From contig OZ176054.1 of the NCBI GenBank assembly GCA_964247055.1, forward strand, positions 7,130,001 to 7,194,000: a stretch of DNA of 64,000 bases, written 5' to 3'. The translations under genes were made by a program, and so were the position numbers. This stretch comes from Paragordius varius (taxonomy: Eukaryota; Animalia; Nematomorpha). This document shows positions 26,808 through 46,263 of this stretch, piece by piece; position 1 is the first letter of the stretch, and each line of letters begins with the position of its first letter. The notes beneath the pieces were generated by a model. The model was not told where the DNA came from, did not search any database, and worked only from the letters and a program-made list of their open reading frames with translations.

Positions 26808-28099
26808 TTTATTAATTAAACTAAACTACATAATAAAACATTGTAGCAAGCATACTTTGTACGTTAGAATCTGAAATTAGGTTGATATACTTTACATGTA
26901 TGAAATATTTATTTGTAATATAAATTAATTTGCATTTATATTAACATGTATAAATAAGATTATTAACACCAATATGTAATAATTATACATATTTATAAAC
27001 TTTATAGCATTATTCTTAGCGGTGGTGTTTAAACAAAACAACTTTTTTACGGGAATAAAATTATTTTGGAATATTTATGCATTAAATTAACATCTTAACC
27101 GTATCCGATATAAATATTTTCAAATTTATTTTACAGTTAAAATTGGCTCCTAATTCTATGGATTCAAAGGATTTTTTTAAAAAAAAAATATTTAAATTTA
27201 AAATTATAGGATTGATCAAAACCTCAAATACACTAAATGAATGGTATTATGCTGTTTACGACAACTTCATATCTGAGATTAGTTATTATTCGGTTAAGAT
27301 TCTGATTGATTTGGCAGATAATAGCGATAAAAACTGAATTTATTTGCAAATTAACCACACAACGCACAAATATTTTAATATGTTACGTATGTATATTTAA
27401 CTGTCCATGTATTATATATTTCAAAGAACTAACAAGAATATTACCATGATTTTTCAATTTACCAATATAAAAAACATGATATATATTGATTTTTAATTTA
27501 TTTCTACACTTCATTTTTAGTGCTAAAACTAAAACAAAATCTCTATATCAAAAAGTAAATCGCCTAAAATAAACCGAAAGTCCCCCTTTTGTATATGACA
27601 TTACGCAAAAAGAAAGGTAGTTTTTGGATTTATAAAAAGAATTATAGGATTAATATTTATCAATTGTCATTCATTTTGGTTGATTTTTGATTTAACGATT
27701 AAGTGAAAAAAATTATTAATGATTCTCGTGAAAATAATCCCGAAAAAACAATTATACTTATTGGTTTTTTTTTGTTTCAAACATTTTTCCCCTTCTTACA
27801 TCATCCACGGAGGATTAAATTAATCCCCTGTGAGCCATTCGAAAGACAAAAAAAACATTCATTATTTATATGTGTTGTATGTACACTAAGAAATGTAATG
27901 TGTGCTTAGAGAACATAGTGTTTTGTCTTAAAAACAACAAGTAGACATCTTATTATTCTAATTAGAAAAGGAGACTAGTTTTTTCATAACCAACCAAAAT
28001 TTTATGGAAAAAAATGATAATGATTGAAATTAAACCAATTCATCATTATTACTTTTTACATTGTAATCTTACATTAATCATGACACTCGTTTAAATTAG

Positions 28100-28149
<50 letters not shown>

Positions 28150-31100
28150 TGTCCCATTTTTTCAAAATTATCATATGAAAATTAAGTAAACAAGCACTTA
28201 CAGGGTACAGTCCTGAGATAAAGATTTTCCCTAATTTGCAATTGAAGCGTGTGTTCTGTTGTTCCCTTCTCAAATCGATGGTTCAAGAATGTTGTCAATT
28301 CAGTTGGGAATCCTGATGCTAAGACATAACGCATAATGATAAAAAATATTTTTTAAATTTATTAATATGGCAAAAAACCCTTATATTCTATAAAATATGA
28401 TAATTTTTTCTCCCTATTTCATATTTTAACCAAAACTCAAATATACAGTCATGTATCCATTTTATCAAAAATTTATTTATTCCCGTTAAATGGGTATAAA
28501 TATTTGGTAAAGCATGGTAAAACAAGAGCTCTATGGTAATTCTTATACTTTTTTGATGAATATGATATTGTTACCACAGAGCTCTTGTTTTTTCTATTCT
28601 TTAACAAATATTTCCACCCATTTAACGAAAGAAAATAAATTTTTGATTAAGTAAAGGATATATGACTGTATGTGAAGAGGGTAGTCCAATAACTATTGCT
28701 ATAGGTTTCAAAATTTTATCAACCATTGTATTTTATTGCAAACGTTATGTCTGAATTTTTGCTAATAAATAATAATTAAGTAAGACTGCCCTTTAAAATA
28801 AAAAAGAGTTGAAATGAAGAGAACAGTACACACATAATTTTGAGTACAAAATGTCAAAAGATGCGTGCCCATGCATAAAAATTTATTAATATAATGCGCA
28901 TAATACGAAATAAAATTGTTTTGATAAATGTGTTAATATCAAATTAGAGGCTGACTACCCAGACCTGTTTGAAATCAATTATGTCTAAAAGAAGCCATAA
29001 AAAATATTACACGTTCCTGTATTCACTAAAATAAAAAACTATATAAACCGAAATCATTCTAATAAACAACTTGGCACATGCTTTTAGTAAAATATTGCTA
29101 TCCATTTATGTTTCATTATTTAGGTGGGTTTGACCGGTTAAAAATGCATGCATGACCGTTTGGTAGCTTATAAAAACGACTTATCACAATGTAATTATAG
29201 GTAAGTAACTTTAATGGTATATATTGTATAAAATTAAGTTACATGTAAAAGTAATTTTTGGAATTATTTAACATTTCAATGTTTTTAACATATTATGAAT
29301 CCTATTGAAAACTATTGAATCCAATAAACGGTAATTATTTTGTATATAATCTACAAATTTTATATTTGTGATGATGTAAATGACTTTATTCATAAGCGGT
29401 CAGGCTGGTTATTGGTTTTAGCCGGTTAAATATATAAACCTATCTAAAATGTTAATTTAGCCGTAGGATTCAAGAATTTAAAATTTAATTTTAAATTTAA
29501 TAAAGTTAACTTGTAAACGTTTACAAATAGTCCATTATTAAATTTACATATTTCCAATTCATAAAATAAGCGACTGTAAATGCGAGAAAAAGCTGGATAT
29601 AACATTTTTTTAAAAAAAAGAATTTTCCTGATAAATACTATTAAAAATTTTGGAACATAATATGAAATTTCAATAAAATTAAACTGAAAATAAAATTTAA
29701 AGTGATATGTGAAACCGATCAAAAATGTTCGCAGACGAGTTTCGTGCTTCTTAGTACTCATCAGTATGAAAAACATTTAATTTGAGTTTTTATACAGTAA
29801 CGAGAGATTTATTATTGGTCATATTGATGTTTTATTTGGCAAAACGGGTACCTAATAACCGTCCTTTAGCATATAAGATTGTAGATAAAAAAATATTTCA
29901 ATTATATATCTAACTAATAAAAATAAAAAATCCAAGCAACTAAAATGACCAATAAAAACTCTCGTTACTATATATAAATATTCATTGGCGGGCTGCATGT
30001 AGGGCAAGCCTATTTAGTGTAAAATAATTAGGAGATAAAAACCATGATTAAATTTAGAGGTTAATGAACCATCCTAACATTGTGTAATAAACCCACATAT
30101 AAAACATTTATTTTAAACATGGTTCAAATAATTTTCAATTGTTTAAATATTACGTTATCTTAACAAAAAAAAGTTGAGCCAGAATAATTATCAAAAAATG
30201 TTAATGAGATTTGTTGTAATTAGTATTGTCATTATATCTGGTAGGATTATGGCTAAATGGCAAAAGTAAATTTTACGTGATGAAATAACGTTAATTTATG
30301 CGTATGTATTATAATTCATAATATTACAGATTATATTTGTCACATTAGAAGATTATTAAAATATGTAACTCTCAGTATAGACCTAAGTTTTTAAATATAT
30401 ATATTAGGTATACTGTGTATACACAATCTTTAAAAAGTAATATTTCAGACTCTAGTAATTTTGCATTCCAAATTAACATATTAAACACCTTTAAATAAAA
30501 AAGTTACTTATATTATGTATATTACAAAAGTAAAATTAATATATGTTGCCGGAAATAAGATATGATATCGAAGATGGAAATGTATTGTAGTTAACCTTTA
30601 AATGACACAAAAAATTTCTAAAAATTTTCAACAAGTTTTGTTTAAATGACAAAAATAAAGATAGTAAACGTATTTAAAAAAAGCACTGATATATAAAAAC
30701 ATAGGCTAATTCCTAGGAGGATTATATAATTTCTTGATAGGTTTCAGTTTATATTCCTTATTTCATAACTTAAAGTTTTTCAGCTTTAATTTGGTATTTC
30801 ACTATAACAATAAAATGGAAATATGAACAGTAAAAAATAATTTTGCCACACCTAATTAAAGCTTATTGTTAAATTATGTTTTCAATAGATAAACATTTTA
30901 GAGAAATAATTTGTTAAAGTTTATATTAACTTTATATAACTCATTATTGCCTGATAGAAAATTTATGTAAAATTTTAATTGAAAGCACAAAGTTCAAATA
31001 TTTTTGAATAAATATAAATTCAAGATTCATAAATTTATCTTTTATTACATGATTCAATTTATCTTATGGTATTTAAATATGTTACTAAATAAATTGATAA

Positions 31101-31190
31101 CAATAAAAAAATTATAAAAGTTCAAGTGTTGGAGATAGAATAAAATAGAGATAATAAATGGGCAACAAACTTTAAATAAAAATATATTTG

Positions 31191-31231
<41 letters not shown>

Positions 31232-32920
31232 TTAAATAACTTTAAAAAATGGCTTAAAATTAATAATTAAAACAACTTTAATTAAGAGATACAGTAGCGT
31301 ATGCAGTAAAAGATTGTTAGTGCAAAATAATCTTAAAAGGGGGATATTATGGATATGTTTATAAATAAGACTGAATGATAATCAAATATGAAAATTGAGG
31401 ACATTTGGTCGACACATTTGGTATTGAAAAGCTAATACATAAAATTTTTGTGAGAAATATTTATGATGTTTTTTATTAGAAATTTATTAAATGTTTATGA
31501 ATACTCAGAGGAAAATGAAGCCACAATACCAAATATTCAACAAACTTCTAGAAATGTATTACAGGATATATCCAATTTAGATAACGTTACTAGAAGATTA
31601 GATAATATTATTTAACATGTTGCATTAAAATTATTGTTCATATATACTTATTTCACCCTAGTGTTAATAAATAGATATTTATTATTATAATATATGGTTT
31701 TTATTGTTGCACATTTAAGAAAACATCATTGTAAAATATATTGTGTTTAAAATCTTTCCGTGAATCTGTGAAAAAGACAAGGTGTTGGCTAATAAAAAAT
31801 AATATAAGTAATGTATTTAACAACTAAACTTATGTAATAATCCTTCAATTTTTCACCTCACGCTTAGTTTTAAAGAGATCGAGAAAAGCAAGTAATAATA
31901 ATATAAATAAAGATCTTGTATAATTTCTAATTGTATTTGTATACAGTTTCATAATTCAAATCACAAAAATTAATATTTTTTTATAAGTTTTCTGTGAAAT
32001 AATGTTTCACTAATATTTTTACAATTTTTCATCGCAATTTTACAAAAACCAAATGCGCATTTTTACATATACCAATATTGTCCCCTGATTTTGTATACAC
32101 TATCCATAATATCCCCCTGTTTGTGTTTTTAAGATTATTGCGTACTAACAATCTTTTACTGCATACGCTACTGTATTTATAAAACGTTGTAATATTGTCA
32201 TAAAAATTTTAAAAGTACCATTATTAATGCTTATAATAAATTTAATGGCAATCTATTCATATATACTGATAATATAAAATTTGTGTTTAATTCCCAATAA
32301 GAGATGGAAAAAAGTTTGATCAAGATAGCACGTAAATATGACATATAAATATTTAAACAACCTAAATATTTACATATTTTTTAAAAAACTTTTATTTATA
32401 TTCATTGTCCTAAATATGAAGTTAAAATATTTTTTTGAAGTATATGAGATATTTTATAAATTATTTATGAATGACCAGAGGCCCCAACATTGTCTAAGAA
32501 CCCAAAAGTTGTTTACCTTTTCTGGTTCTAATGACATAATTGTGTAATAAATTCAATGGTATATCAGTAAATATACGCGTTATTAAATGATAGATTTGAA
32601 TATATACCTCGCTCAATAAATTTAATGAAGAATTTAGAATTCTGACTAAAGAGGCATTTAAGGAGATCATTAAAATCTTTTTGACAATAGCCACAAACAT
32701 TTTGCTGATTAATTTCAACAATTATGTCGCCATTATGTAATAAATTTTGATGATTTTTATAAGGAGATACATTCAGAAAATCGTCATTTCCAGCTAAAAT
32801 AAACTGGCCATTTTCAGCTCCTCCGTGAATTACAAAATTGGTTAAAATAGTATTATCAATGCATAATTCCTTTAGTAAATAGTGAATATCATGAATATTG
32901 GAGGATAGTAAATGAGGCAT
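11551..32920 (-). CDS. MAGI: MAGI-family membrane-associated guanylate kinase (PDZ0, partial GuK, PDZ1, PDZ4- and PDZ5-like domains)
   Basis: Exons 32608-32920 (PDZ0: GGAENGQF...GDIIVEIN), about 32517-32582 (junction anomalous), 18272-18391 (TTRPPRHGEQDGVDYNFL), 16269-17256 (NLYGTPRP), 15921-15991, 15338-15604 (FTKDP...RGFGFTI), about 14530-15273 (donor uncertain), 13978-14211 (NEGFGFIILSS), 12838-13233, 12233-12576 (GFGFSIRGG), 11551-11931 (VGDQILEING). Domain order matches MAGI1/2/3. Confidence 0.88.
13539..13784. mobile_element. MITE family A copy
   Basis: TA-CCATTTACAATTCAAATTC ... GTGTAAATGG-TA; internal sequence shared with 9126-9431. Confidence 0.75.
21321..22400 (-). mobile_element. 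Decayed mariner transposon (Mos1/mauritiana-like transposase pseudogene)
   Basis: Fragments read across stops and frameshifts: MSDFVRKKEHLRNAL (ATG 22270), WWDLIDIVYYEFLKPSETV, NDNP, HSPDLALSD*YYFASMGH, LPERWAKCLEA (stop 21398-21400). These parallel Mos1 MSSFVPNKEQ, WWDQSGVIYYELLKP, HDNA, YSPDLAPSDYHLFASMGH, LPERWEKC. One TIR-like end TA-CCAAGATGT near 21321; the other end was not found. Confidence 0.9.
26960..27950 (+). mobile_element. Possible degraded piggyBac-like transposase remnant
   Basis: Broken frames give IIGLIKTSNTLNEW and a Cys-rich end (FICVVC...VC...EHS) reminiscent of the piggyBac C-terminal domain; no clear TIRs. Confidence 0.3.
28101..28147. repeat. (TA)n microsatellite
   Basis: About 23 TA units; shorter runs at about 26776-26805 and 31195-31226. 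Confidence 0.95.
28446..28668. mobile_element. Foldback MITE with long inverted arms, TA TSD
   Basis: TA-CAGTCAT...AACAAGAGCTCTATGGTAA / TTACCACAGAGCTCTTGTT...ATGACTG-TA; arms of about 95 bp. Confidence 0.8.
29795..29970. mobile_element. Short MITE
   Basis: TA-CAGTAACGAGAG...TTGGTCAT and ATGACCAATAAAAACTCTCGTTACT inverted ends. Confidence 0.65.
31292..32173. mobile_element. Non-autonomous Tc1/mariner-type element
   Basis: TIRs of about 30 bp, CAGTAGCGTATGCAGTAAAAGATTGTTAGT, at both ends with TA TSD (31290-31291, 32174-32175). Confidence 0.85.
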
Positions 32921-33329
32921 AAGAAAATTTAAAACTCCCAGACTATATACTAAACATAAAGGAATAATTATAAATACTAATCAGATGTTTTAAAATATAT
33001 AATAATTATAAAAATAATTTGTAAAACTATCAACGGATTGTTTTTTATATGAAATATTTTTTTAAATTGTGTTTTGTAGATTAAAAATGTTACTTTAGGC
33101 TAAATATAGATTATTTTACTAGCATTCATCATTTAGTAAAATTACTATTTGACAGGAAGATGAATCATAGCATTTACAATGCATAAAAAATTATAAAAAC
33201 ATTTTTTCTGGAAATAGCAAGAATCACTAAAATACATATTTCATTCGGAGTGGAGCTAGAATCAAGGGCTAATTTAAAATATGACTAAGTTATCCTCGAC
33301 GTTCCTTCAAAGGGGATATGAAAAAATAT

Positions 33330-34740
33330 CCTGATTATATACATTCTGGTAGCTGATTGTATGAGGATTGTCATGGAGCTTTTGATTTTGGGACTTATGA
33401 GTGATATAAGAAATTTTTGTGCATTATTGTGGTACATATCGGTTAAAGGCAAAATTTGCTGATACATCAAATATAATATATTTGGCAAATCTAAATGCTA
33501 ATCCCAAAAAATCTCACTGAAATATATTTTTAACTACATATAAAAGAAACAATATTTTTATATATTTTAAATTTATAGGGGGCTGCGTAAGTCCGAGGGG
33601 CTCTTTTAAAATGGGCTAGTTCTTTAATAAAAAATGCTCAGATCTCGTGAAAAAAAAAATTTTGATTTATCCTCTATGGTATCAATTATAATATTTATTA
33701 AAAATGTATATTTTATTCAAATATTTGATTCTTAACAAAATTTAAGGCTTACTTTATATTTTGAAGCATGAAGGGTAAAAGTTCTAAGATATCAAAAAAC
33801 TTATACATTCACAATCGAGGACGCACAAAATTACTATCGCCTCAAAATATTAATTTAATGGTTCATTTCATTTAAATGTTTGTTCAAATTGTAAAAACAA
33901 TAATTTATATTTGGCAAAAAGGTCAAGACGAATGAATATTTTAATATATTTTAGGTGAAATATTCAGCATCATCAAATATAGAAAAACTGTTATCACAAT
34001 CGCTCATTTTATTAAACATTGATATATTATTATTAACTAATGGTCATTTGTTAACTTTATCGAACATAAAAATTAATATCTCAAATTCTACGGCTTAATT
34101 AAAATTTTAGACTTTAATAAAATATATATACTAATAGGTAATATATATAACCGGTTAAAACAATAACCAGTCTGATCGCTTATCAAAGCAGTCATTTTAA
34201 CATCACAACAAATATAATATTTGTAGATTCAAAAATAATTACCGTTTAAAATGGGTTCAATATTTTTCGATATGAATAATATTTAAAACACAAATTGATA
34301 AATCCAAAAACTACTTTTACATTAAACTTAATTACTTTACCATTATAGTAAATCATCTATGAAGCTGCGCCCACAAAAAGTAACTTGTAGAAATACATAT
34401 ATTCTGATAGGACAATGCATCAGGAGGTGCTTTTGTTTGGCCCTTAGTGATATAAGAAAAATTTTTACACTTTTGTGGCAAGTGTAAAAAATGGGAAATT
34501 TGAGCATATTTTTTAAAATCTTTTTGAACTCAATGCTTCATTCGTAATATTACTAAAATATAGCAACCACCTATAAAAAGCAGAACCATATTTTTAGATG
34601 TAGGTTCCGACCAAAATCTTCGCTCTTAAAATGGGCTAGTTCTTTAGAAATAAACAAAAAAATACAGAGATTGTGCGATAAAACTAAAACATATGATATT
34701 TTACATACAAAAATAAAAACTGTTCATCTTATTTTTAGGC
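33330..34740. repeat. Old dispersed repeat family (two related copies here; relatives near 1490-1980, 20400 and 61050-61680)
   Basis: Shared blocks ATTCTGATAG...GCTTTTG..TTTGG...AGTGATATAAGAAA and AAAATGGGCTAGTTCT recur at about 1491, 33340 and 34400; boundaries approximate. Confidence 0.55.
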
Positions 34741-34755
34741 ATGATGGAGGTATAA

Positions 34756-35716
34756 CACTTGGATACAACACATTCATTTTTTTCCTTAAATTCAAATTGG
34801 GGTAGTTGGATACCCCAGGCCTGTTAATAAATAAATACTTTAAAAATATGGAAGGAATCAAAACCATGGCAAAATCTTGCACTTATATTACATTAATAAA
34901 CCAGATAAAATAAAAACTTTATTCAAAATTAGACATCACTATTTTAAGGTAAAGATTTAGTCAACCTGACAATTGTTTGGCTAAATTGAAAAATAATACA
35001 TATAAATCACTTTTTCTATTTTTAAAGTTATATCTGATTTAAATAAAAAAATTTGCTTTAATTATACCTTTATCACTTCGATTCAAATTGGGGTAGTTAA
35101 ATACCCCAAACCTGTTTAAAATTATCTTTAAAAATTATGAAAGGAAAACCAGGGCAAAATTATGCACTTATATATAATAAACCGAAATATATAAAAAAGT
35201 TTATTTAAAAACTTGATATAACATATTTTAAGCTAAAACCGAAAGGTGAAAATTTCGTCAACGTGACATGTTTGAAATGGTATAATTTAAAAATAATACA
35301 AAATAAACCGCTTTTTCTATTTCTATCAATGTTAGATGTAATTATATAAATTAGTTTTAATTTTACCCTTAAAATTAAATGAAGACTATATTTTAAAAAA
35401 ATTATGTAAAATAAAAATGGCACGAAATTTTATCAAGATATTTTGGCTTTATAATATAATTTTGGATAAAAGCATAAATTTAAATTGGGGCAGTTTACTT
35501 GAGTAGTTTATCAAAAATCCTGACTCAAATTTTATTTAAATATCTTAATTATATAATTTTTGTTTAGAATAGGAGCAAAGTTGGGACCTTTTCCTTTAGT
35601 AGTTTTTTTAAATTTAACTTTAATTTAGTCCGAAGTGATAAAAACGCTTAGGCCGGGGGTATTCAACTACTCTATTTCGAATCAAAAGATTTAAATAAAT
35701 GTGTTGTATCCAAGTG
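34756..35716. mobile_element. Non-autonomous piggyBac-like element with internal tandem units of about 290 bp
   Basis: TIR CACTTGGATACAACACATT at both ends; flanks ATAA (left) and TTAA (right); internal repeat TTCAAATTGGGGTAGTT at about 34791 and 35082, with a partial copy near 35480. Confidence 0.7.
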
Positions 35717-36064
35717 TTAACATTGATATAAACAAAAATGGTATATTTTGCATTTATGTGTTAATGCACACTTGTCATAATGTCCAAATTTTTAGCTTGG
35801 GGCTTTACCACTGAATAGATAATAAGTATTTTTGAATAAATTTTTTATTATTATGTCGGTTGATTAATGTTATACAAGTCCAAACTTTTGCCATACTTCA
35901 ATTTATTCAATATTTTTTATATTTAATTTTAAACAAGCTAGGGGTATGTAACTACTCAATTTGAAGCGAAGGACTGAATTGAATGTGTTGCATCCAGTAA
36001 TTTTGTGTTATCAAAAGTGACATCCATATTTACTGAATGTTGTTCGTTCACATGCTATAGTAGG

Positions 36065-42039
<5,975 letters not shown>

Positions 42040-43629
42040 ATTTTTAATATTTAATTGGTTCTTAAAAATTTTTTCAATGGTAAAAAAATATTGAACGACA
42101 AACAAATAAAATAGGGGTAAAGTCGATCGTTTTTCGCTAAGATGACAAATGTAATATAATAAGTTTTTCCTAAATTTATAATATGTAATATCCCATCCTT
42201 CCGTTTTAGGTTTCTGGGATTACCATGCACTAACTTTTTGAACAATGTTTTATCAAAGACTTGTTCGTGTTCAATATTGAATTGTAAGAGATCTTGGGTC
42301 TGTTTGGACCATGTGAGTTTAGGGTGGCCTTTTCTGTTTGAGCCGGGTATGTTTGAATGTTGTATTTTCTGTACCCAGTTATCGGAATTAATACGTTGAT
42401 ATGACCGTAATATCGCAATCGGTTGCGCTGAATGAACAGATATGGGTTCTACTTTTTTATGGTATAAGATAATTGTTGCAGATTTTTAGCATGTGACAGC
42501 TCTAGTAAATCTATTTAAGTCTGTTGCTGTAAGGGCCCAGGTTTCTGTAGCGTATGTCAAAGCTGGTAATATTCCCATTTTGTAAATCTTTATCTTGTGA
42601 ATCGATTTAATATTTTTGTTAGTTAATATATTTAATTGTTTGAATTTGGCCCATCCCTGTCTAATTCTATAAGAAATGGTATCTTTCAAACAACCATCAG
42701 ATGCTATATAATGACCAAGATGTGGAAAAGATATTACAATTTCTAGTTTGTCTCCATTAAAGTTTAAATTACGCGGATTAGATATTGGCAGTGGTATCGA
42801 TAAAGCACATGGTGTGGAGATAAAATTATTATTAATTAATTTTCCTTTATTGGAACATTTTTTATAAACCCAATTCCTGAATTTGGTCAACGTAAGTTTA
42901 GTTTTACCTCAGTGAGGCACACTGGGCATGGGAACTTGATAGTTTGATGCTCATCTCCTGTGATTAGAATTTTGGTTTTGTTTGTATTTTTCCTAAGACC
43001 GTTTTGTAATTGTTTTAACCACATTAAATATTTATCGAGTGTTGAAATAGTTTTTGCAGTAATCATGAGCGTCCGCGTAGAGAATTTCATATGGTAAGCC
43101 TTCTCTAATGTCTTTTGTAATGTAGTCTAGTATGGATATGAAAAGAAGAGGGCTTAAGTCAGACCCCTGATGCAGCACAATATTTATACTAAAATACTCT
43201 GAACTCCCAGCAGGTGTAAAAACACAACTGATTGGGTGTAGATAAACATAATTAATTTAATGGTATATTCATCGACCTTGTTTTAGCGCTGTGATTCTAC
43301 TATTAGTGCTCTAGGTACTAAGTCGTAAGCCTTTTCTATGTCGACAAAGAGGTGGAATAGTTTAATTTTTCTCGGTATTTATTTTGTAATTGTCTGAGGA
43401 GTAATATTGGATCGATTGTGCTTTTACCCGCTGAAAAGGCAAATTGCGTTGGATTAGGATGAGTTGGGTAATACGATTTTTTAGGGCATGTTTCAAAATT
43501 TCAACCTATGCTCGGGAAGTTTTAAAGCTCTGTATGAGGGGCAAGTCCGTGGGTATCTTCATTTCAGCTATTTTGTTTATTAAATTTGTTAAAAGCATGG
43601 AATATTGGGTATTAATTTTATGACATCAT

Positions 43630-44628
43630 GGGTGGGGTGATAAAAAAGTCGCACTTGACTTGTAAGCCAATCGTGGCAAGTTGAGCAAGATTACTTCCAG
43701 CAAGTGTACACCTGAAGATCGGTGATAAAAAAACACTTAAGTCAAGTCTTTTGCTTATGAATGTAACAGTTTTTTGCCACCCAATTCAAATTTATGGCAA
43801 CTTTTTTTTATCATCTACAGCCAAAATTTATGAAATAAGGCCCAAAAAGATAAACAATTAATACAATATGCATTTATTGAAGTTTTTCAAACTCACTGGC
43901 ACGTATCATATTTAATATTATAGAGTTTTCTCAATATTGAGCCTGGTAATAATTTTTAGATTGATGAAACCATTCGCCCTTAAAACACTCATTATTTTAC
44001 CACACTACTTATTTTGTTTGGAATTCAGTATATAATGGGAAAATGTTCATACAATATAACATATTATTTTTAATTGATTATCAACATTACATGAAATAAA
44101 TTGATGATGAATTTACATTAGTTAATAGTAACCTTTAGCGTTTAAAAAACGAAGATTTCAAATTTTATAAGATTAATATTTAATTATTAAGTTTAAGAAA
44201 TTTTTAAGAATCAAATTTTTTTGCGTTCACGAAATAGATATATTTATTTTCATATGCCATGCTCTTGAATAGCAGAGTTTTTCTATAAATTTATCCTCGT
44301 TTTTATCCACCCAATGAATAAATTATAAGCCAAAATTTTATAATTTAATATAGCATTAACAAAGGTTAGAATTACATATAAAACAGAAATTTTAAACATA
44401 AATTGTTTCTAAATTTTTCCATATTTTTAAATCTGTAAAGTGTGCCCCACACCACACTTGCAAAATCTTTAAGTTTTACCTGATCATATGATTTTTTATC
44501 ACCTCCGAATCAAGTTTTCTTGCTTGACTTAAGTCGTCTAATATTTAATTTTTTTATCACATGAAAGCAAGCCATGACTTGAAAAACTTGCAAGTCAAGT
44601 CAAAAAAATTTTTTTATCACATCACCCC
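43630..44628. mobile_element. Non-autonomous DNA element with GGG ends and 2-bp AT TSD (ISL2EU-like)
   Basis: Imperfect TIRs GGGTGGGGTGATAAAAAA / GGGGTGATGTGATAAAAAA, AT on both flanks, subterminal AAGTCAAG repeats; excision leaving one AT restores the LINE frame GPSELCYDVIK. Confidence 0.7.
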
Positions 44629-46263
44629 ATAACATAATTCACTGGGGCCAGAAGCTTTGTTGTTCCAAGTCAATTTCGATTTCTTGTAAAGTAAATGTCC
44701 TTAATGGGCCACAACAGGATCTCTGTCAGAGTTAATAATGGGTGTTAAAGGGTTGTTTGTGTTCCCTATATTTTTGCCATATAGATTTAATTAATTCTGG
44801 TTGTTTTTGTAAAATATTATAACTAATTTTTATACATTTATTCGTTGGAATATCCTTTTTGATATTATTGTAATATTTCATATATTTAAAAATTTTATAA
44901 TTTTGGATTTCCTTTTCCAATTTATCGGCAATATCTTTTGTCGTATTCTCTTTGCCATTTCTTCCATTTTTTATACAAACGCGCTTTTTCTTTAAGTAGT
45001 GGTTCAATTGCATGGTCCCACCACCATTTCTTTTGGGCTTTGCTCTTTCTACCACACCATTTTTCTACACATTCAATCGCATTGCTTCTTAGACTGTGCC
45101 AGGAGTCTTCAACGTTTAGATTATCAATGTTTAAGTTAAGCGATTTTTGAAATTTTACATTATCTCAGGTTTTTTAAGCCTGTGTATATTAAGTTTAGAT
45201 TTGGTTTTATGATTGAAAGGCCTATGCGGTGTTTCCGAATTAACTCACACAACTCAACTATGTGGATCAAATTGAAATTTAATTTTTTGCATTGATTATC
45301 TACCAGATATTTTCGAATATGTTGGCAAGTTAGCATGTAGTCATTCGTTGTATTATTATTGCCAGAAGTTTATGTAATCAGTTTATTTTTGCTTTTGTTG
45401 AACAGAGTGTTTGCTATAGTCGGTGAGCTGCACAAAATTCTAGTTATAAAAAGGGTATCCTCCATGTATACCAGAGAAGCCTTCCTGTTTCCAACATATA
45501 CGTTTAGATCTCCTCCAATCATTATACAGTCTGTTTCGGGTATATTGGAACATTTTGATAAAGCTGATCCCAAAAATCCAGCTTGCATTTATCGGGCAAG
45601 TCTTTTTGGGCATATACGGATATTATATCGAAGATCAACTTGTTATATATTATTTTGTACTATCTTATCGTTGTGTCGTGTCATGCAGATTAGGTTTTTT
45701 CCGTGGGTTTCTTTCATCATTATGGCGATGCCAGATTGTCTTTGTTCCCACCTTGGTATAGTTTTGAATATCCATCAAAGTGTTTTATACCTGCATTTTT
45801 TTATATAGTTTCTTGCAGACGTTTCGCACCGTATTTATAACCATCCATTGCTTATTTCCATTGTTCCAACATTCCAAGAGCCAATTTTGAATGATTCCGA
45901 TATAGTTTTGAAGTTTTTATTCATATTCTTATATCTTATATCTTATTTTTATATTTGATTGTTCATTTGTACTTGGTTTATTTATTAATATTATTATTAT
46001 TTTATTATTATTATTGTTATTATGTGTATTTATAAGTGTATTAGCATTATCATATATTATTTATATTAAAATTTCGATTTGAAATAAAGGTTTTATAGCA
46101 AGATTCATTTTTGTAAGTCGTTTATTCATGGTTTTGTAAATGAGGCAGGATTTTACGGATTATATGCCTTTATAAACCATCCCTAACTCAGAAGTGAGGG
46201 TACCACATTCGCTACACCAGGCTAAAGAATATCTAAAAGACTACGATTTTCTTAAATCGGTCT

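Noticed and set aside
31388-31615. Short + ORF SEENEATIPNIQQTSRNVLQDISNL...
   Set aside because: Lies inside the Tc1-type non-autonomous element 31292-32173; no recognisable domain.
45359-45808. 149-aa plus-strand ORF and other + ORFs at 44938 and 45555
   Set aside because: Antisense to the RTE endonuclease region; no recognisable motifs.
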